Positions 28,403-36,423 of a stretch of 64,000 nucleotides of DNA are shown piece after piece (position 1 is the first letter of the stretch; the number at the start of each line of letters is the position of its first letter). The stretch lies in assembly GCA_029936965.1 (NCBI GenBank), contig JAPYRG010000003.1, positions 31,417 to 95,416 on the forward strand, given 5' to 3'. Position numbers and translations under genes: made by a program. This DNA is from Fidelibacterota bacterium (GTDB lineage: Bacteria > Fidelibacterota > Marinisomatia > Marinisomatales > TCS55). The notes beneath the pieces were generated by a model that saw only the letters and a program-made list of their open reading frames with translations, had not been told where the DNA came from and ran no database searches.

Positions 28403-29019
28403 TTATTGATCCTGAAAAATCATCATTTCAAGAAAACCATAAAATTATGATTGGATCAATATTGCCAAGGCCTATTGCGCTTGTTTCTACTATATCATTA
28501 GATGGAAAGAATAATTTAGCGCCTTTCTCATATTTTAATGGAGTCTGTTCTAACCCTCCCTCCATTATGTTTGCTCCTTCAAGGAGAGGATATGATGGTA
28601 AAACAAAAGACACGTTAAACAACATAAAATTAACGAAAGAGTTTGTAATCAATATCGTATCAGAAGATTTTGCAACACAAATGGTGTCATGTTCTACTGA
28701 TTTTGAACCAGATGTAGATGAATTTTCTATTTCAGACCTCACTCCTATTAAAAGTGTAAAAATAAAATCATCACGCGTAAAAGAATCCCGAATCAGCTAT
28801 GAATGCAAATTACAAAAAATTATACCAGTTGGAAATTCTGGCCCTGGTGGTGGGTTCGTAGTTATCGGGACAATCGTTCTATTTCATATAGATGATGAAT
28901 TATATGATGACGGTCATATAAATATTCAAAAATTAAACCCTATTGGTCGCCTCGCCGGAGATAATTACACCCGTGTACATGATACATTAGAGATTAAAAG
29001 AAAAATTAAACCGGATTAA
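28399..29019 (+). CDS. Flavin reductase-like FMN-binding split-barrel protein
   Basis: RPIALVST...NLAPFSYFN pattern. I prefer the ATG at 28399 (ATGA overlap with the hmgA stop) over the TTG at 28390 in the ORF track. Confidence 0.8.
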   Translation: MIIDPEKSSFQENHKIMIGSILPRPIALVSTISLDGKNNLAPFSYFNGVCSNPPSIMFAPSRRGYDGKTKDTLNNIKLTKEFVINIVSEDFATQMVSCSTDFEPDVDEFSISDLTPIKSVKIKSSRVKESRISYECKLQKIIPVGNSGPGGGFVVIGTIVLFHIDDELYDDGHINIQKLNPIGRLAGDNYTRVHDTLEIKRKIKPD

Positions 29020-29027
29020 AATAAGAC

Positions 29028-29972
29028 ATGTCTGAATTAGTTTCAGACCGAATATATAATGCCCAATGCCTTGGGAATATTGAACCGGTCGAATACATAG
29101 TCCCCTACCCTAATATTTTTTCTTTATTAGAGGGTGAAAATATCAAGTTTGGTAATAATTATTTATTCTTAGACCAAAAAATAACAAATAATGATTTTTT
29201 AACATTAATAAATCAAGCTTCTAATTGGCTTAGAGAAAATAAACTTGGTATAAAAAGTAGAGTTGTAATTGAAAATATTGATTTTCCAATTGCTGAAATT
29301 ATTATCTTTGCAGTTTGGGCATCTGGTAACTCGGTAATTTTATCACAGGAGCCAATTAAGAAAAAAGATCTAGCTAAAGTTGACCCTGTAATGTTACTGA
29401 ATAATACCAATTGCCCATCATTAGAAATATTAAAAAATTATCCGTGTGACTATATTCCATTGTTTAGACCATCTTTACACCATGAAGCTTTATTGTTTTA
29501 TAAAAAGAATAAATTTATTCAACTTAGTCATTACAATCTTTTAGTAAACACAAATGGTGCTTGTAAACATTTAGATTTAAGAAGAGGAACTACTATAAAT
29601 ATAAATCTTCCTTCCACATCTACTGCATGGATTGTTCTACAGTTATTATTGCCATTATATGCTGGAATAGCCATTTCAAATAATAATCCAGATATTACAA
29701 TAGGATTAGATGGCCAGTATGATAACGCTGATTATATAATTAAAATGAATTGGAATAAGATTTCAAAAGAACAAAATGTAATTCATATAATTGAAGAAAA
29801 TACTGGTGTTGTTTGTATTGGAGATAGACCAATACATATGACTTCAATAGAAATCAGTAATAATGAAATTAGTATTAAAGGTCACTCTATTATGATGGGA
29901 TATACTGATAAAAAAAGTAATTCTAAAATTTTTAATAATAATTCAATGATAATCAATAATAACTTAGAATAA
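29028..29972 (+). CDS. Truncated, P-loop-less adenylate-forming (ANL/AMP-binding) enzyme-like protein
   Basis: 314 aa and colinear with the N-terminal domain of acyl-CoA ligases. EALLFY-KKNKF-IQLSHYNLLVN occupies the place of AxxxYTSGTTGxPKGVxxSHxNL. ISIKGHSIMMGY corresponds to the xxGxxxMxGY motif. The C-terminal subdomain is absent. Confidence 0.35.
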   Translation: MSELVSDRIYNAQCLGNIEPVEYIVPYPNIFSLLEGENIKFGNNYLFLDQKITNNDFLTLINQASNWLRENKLGIKSRVVIENIDFPIAEIIIFAVWASGNSVILSQEPIKKKDLAKVDPVMLLNNTNCPSLEILKNYPCDYIPLFRPSLHHEALLFYKKNKFIQLSHYNLLVNTNGACKHLDLRRGTTININLPSTSTAWIVLQLLLPLYAGIAISNNNPDITIGLDGQYDNADYIIKMNWNKISKEQNVIHIIEENTGVVCIGDRPIHMTSIEISNNEISIKGHSIMMGYTDKKSNSKIFNNNSMIINNNLE

Positions 29973-30731
29973 ATTTTCATTTACATACTTTAGCATTTTA
30001 GCCTGGGTGCTTAAATAACCTAATCGTGTTTCGATATTAATAAATCGTATGTTCTTTTTCGATGTATACCAAGATAAAGAACCATCACCATTTTCAATTT
30101 GTTTATCCTGCAAAACGACATTAAATGGTGATTTTTTTAACAAATTATAATCTTCTCTATTTGTACAAATAAAAAAGTTATGATGATCAGGGTGATTCTT
30201 ATTTTTTAATGAGACCTCTGTGCTTAAGGGAATTTCATTATCAATTGAATACTCTCGAATATTATTATGTAAAGCAATAAGCAATCCTTCTGCAGGTGGA
30301 GAAATACTTTCAAAAAATTCATCTCTATCTTCACTTATTAATTTTATGGTTTTATTAAGTTCTGATTTAGAAACATTATTATTTAATTTAATTATATTTC
30401 GCTTTGCACCATCATTAGTAAAGATTCGATTTGGATCTAATAAAAATCCATTAATTACTACTTCTCTTTCTGTATTATGAATTAGATAAGCAGTACCATT
30501 ATTTTTCTTCAAATGTTTTCTAATTAATAATTCAGCAGTTTTCTCATCTCCATGAATCCATATTAGCCTTCTATTAGATTCTCCATTTTTTAATATCTCA
30601 AACTTTATTCCTGCTAAACTAACAAAATCTTTTACGTTATCTTTATCATTAGCATAAATAGTAGAAATAGTTACAAGAACTATACAGAAGAATAAAAAAG
30701 AATTTTTCTTAATTATTAATATATTATTCAT
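29964..30731 (-). CDS. Secreted zinc hydrolase-like protein (M14 / succinylglutamate desuccinylase-aspartoacylase-like motifs)
   Basis: 255 aa with a signal peptide. WIHGDEKTA (HxxE), LDPNRIF (DxNR) and ALHNN resemble the three metal/substrate motifs of M14-like deacylases. This rests on motifs only. Confidence 0.35.
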   Translation of the reverse strand: MNNILIIKKNSFLFFCIVLVTISTIYANDKDNVKDFVSLAGIKFEILKNGESNRRLIWIHGDEKTAELLIRKHLKKNNGTAYLIHNTEREVVINGFLLDPNRIFTNDGAKRNIIKLNNNVSKSELNKTIKLISEDRDEFFESISPPAEGLLIALHNNIREYSIDNEIPLSTEVSLKNKNHPDHHNFFICTNREDYNLLKKSPFNVVLQDKQIENGDGSLSWYTSKKNIRFINIETRLGYLSTQAKMLKYVNENLF

Positions 30732-31684
30732 GATAAAACTTTATGTAATGTAGTCGAATTTATATTTCCACCACATATTATTATAACAACTCTTTTTCCT
30801 ATTAATGTTTTTTTTCTTTTAAAAAGTGCTGCAATTGCTGCCCCTGCAGAACCTTCTATTAATTGATGATCATCATTTATTGCAGTTCTAATACCTGATG
30901 CAATATCCTTTTCTGTAACTAAAACAAAATAATCTATAATTTCTTTACAAATATCAAATGTTATAGATCCTTCTTCAACGCCAGCAGCAGTACTATCAGA
31001 TAATGTTTGTTTTGATGGAAGATCTAGTATCCTACCTGCATTAAGAGACTCATACATCACACAGGAATTTTTTGGTGAACATGCAACCATCTGCACTTTG
31101 GGTTGAACTTGTTTTAAATAACCGCCTATACCTGATATTAGTCCACCCCCACCGACAGAAACAATAACTTCATCTATATTATTTAATTGATTATCCAGTT
31201 CAACAGCTATAGTCCCTTGACCTGCAACTATATCAGGATCATTATAAGGGGATATATATGCAGACCCCGATTCTTTTGATATTTCTTGTGCTCGAAATTC
31301 TGATTCAATACAATCTTTTCCATAAAATTCAACTATACCGCCTAGTTTTTTAATATTCTCTAACTTATTACGGGCTATGTTTTTAGGAACGACAATTTTC
31401 CCATTCACATCTAAAATTTTCATTGCCAAAGAAACAGCTGCACCATGATTGCCAGCAGATGCAGTTACAACTCCTTTATTTCTTTGATCAGAGTTAAGGG
31501 AAGTTATTTTACTTATCGCACCACGAAATTTAAAAGATCCGGTTTTTTGAACATTTTCAAGTTTAAGATATACTTCCCCATTAATTAATTCACTTAAAGA
31601 CGGTGAATGATCTAAAGGTGTTTTTCGTATATAATTTTTAGATCGATCGTACGATGCTAGAACATCATCTGGAAATGTTATCAT
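30728..31684 (-). CDS. PLP-dependent threonine/serine dehydratase family protein
   Basis: 318 aa. TGSFKFRGA (PLP lysine), SAGNHG and a GGGGLISG loop. Confidence 0.8.
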   Translation of the reverse strand: MITFPDDVLASYDRSKNYIRKTPLDHSPSLSELINGEVYLKLENVQKTGSFKFRGAISKITSLNSDQRNKGVVTASAGNHGAAVSLAMKILDVNGKIVVPKNIARNKLENIKKLGGIVEFYGKDCIESEFRAQEISKESGSAYISPYNDPDIVAGQGTIAVELDNQLNNIDEVIVSVGGGGLISGIGGYLKQVQPKVQMVACSPKNSCVMYESLNAGRILDLPSKQTLSDSTAAGVEEGSITFDICKEIIDYFVLVTEKDIASGIRTAINDDHQLIEGSAGAAIAALFKRKKTLIGKRVVIIICGGNINSTTLHKVLS

Positions 31685-31792
31685 AAAATTGTAATTCGAT
31701 AATAAACGTTATTTATAGTAAGTATAGATCGCAAATAATCTAATGGTATTTATGCAAGAACTAAAAAAAGTATTTCTTTAAATAATTAAATA

Positions 31793-32506
31793 TTATTGAC
31801 CTTGATCTTCAAGGAACAGCGCTTTGTTTACATTAGCAAAAAATTGACGAAAGAATTCTAGCTCATGTATTCCACCAGTACTCAATATTTTACCATCTTG
31901 TTCAATTTCTCCACTAGCACTTACACGAACCTTTGTTTTATCTGCATTAAGATCATTAAGGTTGATTGTCACCTTATATCGTAAAATACGAGGACCAACT
32001 GGACCTGAGTCACTATTGCTTCCTCCTGAGTCTAAATGAATAGTAGGACCATCTCTATCTCGGCGTTTATCACCACCACCACCATCATCATCATCATCAC
32101 CACCAAAAATAAGATTAAAAAGTATAATGCCTGCACCCGCAATAAATACAATAGGTAGCAATTTCCCTAAGCCAGAAAGTTGATTATTATTGGCAGAATT
32201 ATCAGCAAATAATGGAGCCTGACCTTTTTCTGTAGTTCTACTTGCAGTAATTAATCCAATATCTGAATTCAAGACATCAATTGTATAATCCATATCCTGT
32301 AATGCATTGATAGATGCCTTCAATACAGTTTTCATATCCTTAGTAAAACTTCGTGTTTCCATTGCGCGAGCAACAGTCGTTGGCGGCTTAACTGTTGACT
32401 GTTGGGGAGCAGCACATCCGATTAAGGACGTACATAAATAAAAAATTAATGAGATATGTAATATTTTACCCTGCAAAGTAGAAGGGTATAATAATTGATG
32501 GAACAT
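31793..32506 (-). CDS. Lipoprotein with an internal hydrophobic segment and an Asp/Gly low-complexity tract
   Basis: 237 aa. Lipobox LIGC, internal LLPIVFIAGAGIILFNLIFGG followed by DDDDDGGGGDKRRDRD. No family is recognised. Confidence 0.5.
   Translation of the reverse strand: MFHQLLYPSTLQGKILHISLIFYLCTSLIGCAAPQQSTVKPPTTVARAMETRSFTKDMKTVLKASINALQDMDYTIDVLNSDIGLITASRTTEKGQAPLFADNSANNNQLSGLGKLLPIVFIAGAGIILFNLIFGGDDDDDGGGGDKRRDRDGPTIHLDSGGSNSDSGPVGPRILRYKVTINLNDLNADKTKVRVSASGEIEQDGKILSTGGIHELEFFRQFFANVNKALFLEDQGQ
32071..32105 (-). repeat. In-frame trinucleotide tract (ACC)4(ATC)5(ACC)2 encoding GGDDDDDGGGGD
   Basis: Read directly from the sequence: caccaccaccaccatcatcatcatcatcaccacc. Confidence 0.9.
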
Positions 32507-32878
32507 CTAGTATTTCAAACTTTGATATGTAAAATCCAGCACATTCTTGTTTTCATCAAATTTAATAATAACAGTAAGCGATTTTGAAGAAGAGCTACTT
32601 GATGCATTACTTTTACCAAATAATAAAAACCAGAATCCTTCTGATCCTGAATTTTTTTCTGTTGAGATACGGTCATATGTCCATTCTTCTCTTCCCTGGG
32701 TATCTTTTGTAACAATATTAGGAGAACCTAGTACATCCATCACTGCGGACTGACTTTGACCCTTATATATTTTGCTTTGGACCGTTCCTAAGGTAAGATC
32801 ATTACTATTAGTTGGCGTATTAGAAGCACAACTAAATATAATGATAGAAGAAAGACTGATAAGTGTAATTTTTTTCAT
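32507..32878 (-). CDS. Small lipoprotein, BamE/SmpA-OmlA-like
   Basis: 123 aa. Lipobox IFSC. LGTVQSKIYKGQSQSAVMDVLGSPN...EEWTYD resembles the SmpA_OmlA fold pattern. Confidence 0.4.
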   Translation of the reverse strand: MKKITLISLSSIIIFSCASNTPTNSNDLTLGTVQSKIYKGQSQSAVMDVLGSPNIVTKDTQGREEWTYDRISTEKNSGSEGFWFLLFGKSNASSSSSSKSLTVIIKFDENKNVLDFTYQSLKY

Positions 32879-32963
32879 TTAACTCTCCTAATCTCAATAA
32901 ACAGGGTTGCATATTATTTTACGTATCCCATTATACTTAGTTCCATTGAAATAAAAACAAATT

Positions 32964-33419
32964 TTATACTATATCTTCTAGCACATCTAGAGCATGTGTT
33001 TTCACAGATACTTTTGAATAAGCATAAATTATTATCCCATCCTCATCAATGACATATGTAATTCGAAAAATTCCTTCATATTCTCTACCATACATTTTCT
33101 TTAAACCCCAAGCATCATATGCTTTTAATACATCTGTTGTTTCATCACTTAGCAAAGGAAAAGGAAAGCTCTGTTTTTCACAAAAATTCTTTTGTTTTTT
33201 TGTAGAATCAGCACTCATACCTAAAACGACAACGTCTTGATCTTTAAATTTTTGGAATTCATCACGGAACCCCTGGCCTTCAATTGTTCATCCTGGTGTA
33301 CTTGCTTTAGGATAAAACCAAAGGACTACCTTTTGACCTTTAAAATCTGATAGAGATACTGAATTTTCATCACCATCTAATAGTGTAAACTCTGGTGCTT
33401 TATCTCCCGCGTTTAACAT
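32964..33419 (-). CDS. Bcp-type peroxiredoxin with in-frame UGA at the peroxidatic position (candidate selenocysteine peroxiredoxin)
   Basis: My own translation from the ATG at 33419 (AAGGAGAG sits 5 nt upstream) gives [43 protein letters not shown][TGA][11 protein letters not shown]...GMSADS... It continues into the 84-aa ORF of the track in the same frame. The TGA is at 33288-33290 (codon 44). The sequence is colinear with E. coli Bcp YFYPKAMTPGCTVQACGLRD. Confidence 0.7.
33254..33273 (-). promoter_or_regulatory. Candidate bacterial SECIS hairpin
   Basis: The mRNA reads GGGGUUC-CGUGAU-GAAUUCC: a 7-bp stem (2 G-U pairs) and a 6-nt loop containing GU. The stem starts 15 nt after the UGA. I folded it by hand only. 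Confidence 0.4.
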
Positions 33420-33430
33420 ATATACTCTCC

Positions 33431-33892
33431 TTATACTTTAATTTCTGACCACCGCATTCGATCATCATTACATAAAATCATATCATTTACAATTTTAATT
33501 GCCTGTTTCTGACCTGTCCAAACTAATAAATCTAAGGCTTCATTTATTGTTACCCATTTATACTCTGAGTGTTCATCAGACAATACCACTTCTTCCGTAT
33601 TAACTTCAATACCAAAGACTGGAACTAAATTAATTCTGTCACCCTTTTGCTCATAAAACTTGCTAACATGATCTACTATAAGCATTTTATTTGGTCTTAA
33701 GCCTGTTTCTTCAAGTAACTCACGTTTAGCAGTCTCCCATGATTTTTCACCTTTTTCAATCTTACCAGCTACTCCCTGCCAAATATGTTCATACATCTTT
33801 GTTTTAGCACGTTTCAATAACAAAAATAAAATTCCATTATCGGTAGTTATGTATACATATGCATCAATTACTCTAATAATCATATTTGGCAT
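33431..33892 (-). CDS. NUDIX hydrolase
   Basis: 153 aa with the Nudix box [23 protein letters not shown]. Confidence 0.85.
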   Translation of the reverse strand: MPNMIIRVIDAYVYITTDNGILFLLLKRAKTKMYEHIWQGVAGKIEKGEKSWETAKRELLEETGLRPNKMLIVDHVSKFYEQKGDRINLVPVFGIEVNTEEVVLSDEHSEYKWVTINEALDLLVWTGQKQAIKIVNDMILCNDDRMRWSEIKV

Positions 33893-33894
33893 AA

Positions 33895-35031
<1,137 letters not shown>

Positions 35032-36393
35032 CTAGAATAAATGATTTAATACTTCTTTGACATTAAGAAAACCCAAAACTTTTATTTTATAATCTAAATT
35101 TTTTAGACGTTTTAGATTTGATTTAGGTACAATGATATTTGTAAATCCTAAAGCTTCCGATTCTTTAATCCTTTTATCCAAATTTGGAACCGATCTTAAC
35201 TCTCCAGATAAACCTACTTCTCCAACCAATACAGTATTATTTGGGATAGTAAAATCTTTTGCGCTTGAAGCTACAGCTATAATGACAGCAAGATCTGTAG
35301 ATGGATCCCTTATATAAAATCCGCCAACAAGATTAATAAATACATCTTTTGCTCCTATAGGCATGCCAATTCTTTTTTCTAGAACTGCCAATAGCATTGC
35401 TAGTCGCTTATAATCAATTCCATTAGAATTTCTTTGTGGGGTTCCAAAATTTGCATTAGAAACTAATGCTTGCACTTCGACTAGCAGAGGGCGTGTTCCC
35501 TCTAGTGCAGGAAAAATTGCAGAGCCAGGAACTTCAAGTGTCCTTTCGGATAGAAAAAATTGAGAAGGATTAGAAACCTCATCCAATCCAAGCTCATTCA
35601 TTTGGAATATTCCCACTTCATTAGTAGTTCCAAATCTATTTTTCATTGAACGAAGAATACGATGATCAAATCTAGAATCCCCCTCAAGATACAGAACCGT
35701 ATCAACCATATGTTCTAGCATTCGCGGACCAGCAATTATTCCTTCTTTTGTTACATGACCAATAACTATAACTGAAACTTTATTTTGCTTTGCGATAGCT
35801 AATAATTGTTGACCACATTCTCTTATTTGACTTGGAGATCCAGCAATTGAGTCAACATTGTCACTGTAAATATTTTGAATAGAGTCAATAATCAATAATT
35901 TTGGGTTTGTTAATGTTAATTGATCTACAATTACTTCGATATTATTCTCAGTTGATAATTTTATATTTTTTGTAGGTATATTTAATCGTTTTGCTCTTAA
36001 GGCAAGCTGCTCTTCGCTCTCTTCAGCTGAAACGTATAATACACTATACTTTAATCCAGGTATTATTTGTAATGCCAGTGTTGATTTGCCAATACCAGGA
36101 CTACCGCCAAGCAATATCATTGATCCTGGCAATACTCCTCCACCTAGCACTCTATCTACCTCACGAATACCTGTTTTCTGACTTTGAACTACTCCATCTT
36201 TTAATATATCAACTAAGCTTGATGGGCTCTTTGTTTGTCCATTAGATTTTGAACGAGATTTAGCATTTACTTTATATTCACTCAAAGTACCCCATTCATC
36301 ACATGATGGGCATTGGCCATTCCATTTTGCACAATGATCTCCGCATGACGAACAAAGAAAGACAGTTTTAACTTTAGATTTTGACATGCTCAA
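35032..36393 (-). CDS. radA: DNA repair protein RadA/Sms
   Basis: 453 aa. N-terminal zinc finger CSSCG...CPSC, Walker A GGSPGIGKST, KNRFG motif and a Lon-like C-terminal domain. Confidence 0.9.
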   Translation of the reverse strand: MSMSKSKVKTVFLCSSCGDHCAKWNGQCPSCDEWGTLSEYKVNAKSRSKSNGQTKSPSSLVDILKDGVVQSQKTGIREVDRVLGGGVLPGSMILLGGSPGIGKSTLALQIIPGLKYSVLYVSAEESEEQLALRAKRLNIPTKNIKLSTENNIEVIVDQLTLTNPKLLIIDSIQNIYSDNVDSIAGSPSQIRECGQQLLAIAKQNKVSVIVIGHVTKEGIIAGPRMLEHMVDTVLYLEGDSRFDHRILRSMKNRFGTTNEVGIFQMNELGLDEVSNPSQFFLSERTLEVPGSAIFPALEGTRPLLVEVQALVSNANFGTPQRNSNGIDYKRLAMLLAVLEKRIGMPIGAKDVFINLVGGFYIRDPSTDLAVIIAVASSAKDFTIPNNTVLVGEVGLSGELRSVPNLDKRIKESEALGFTNIIVPKSNLKRLKNLDYKIKVLGFLNVKEVLNHLF

Positions 36394-36423
36394 ATAATTT
36401 AGATTAATATATAAAGTATACGT

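Noticed and set aside
32504-32509. Possible stop-codon read-through or fusion of the two lipoprotein ORFs (the TAG is directly followed in frame by ATG)
   Set aside because: The second ORF begins with its own signal peptide and lipobox. This fits two independent, translationally coupled lipoproteins rather than a fused product.
32964-33218. The 84-aa ORF taken at face value as a stand-alone small protein, or the locus as a simple pseudogene
   Set aside because: The frame continues upstream through a single TGA to an ATG with a strong SD. The whole 151-codon reading is colinear with Bcp, and the TGA replaces the catalytic Cys. Selenocysteine recoding is the better explanation. A pseudogene remains the alternative if no Sec machinery exists.
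33288-33290. TGA read as Trp or Gly (genetic code 4 or 25)
   Set aside because: TGA clearly terminates well-conserved genes in this window (the hisC-like gene at 25148-25150, hmgA at 28400-28402). The aligned residue in homologs is Cys, not Trp or Gly.
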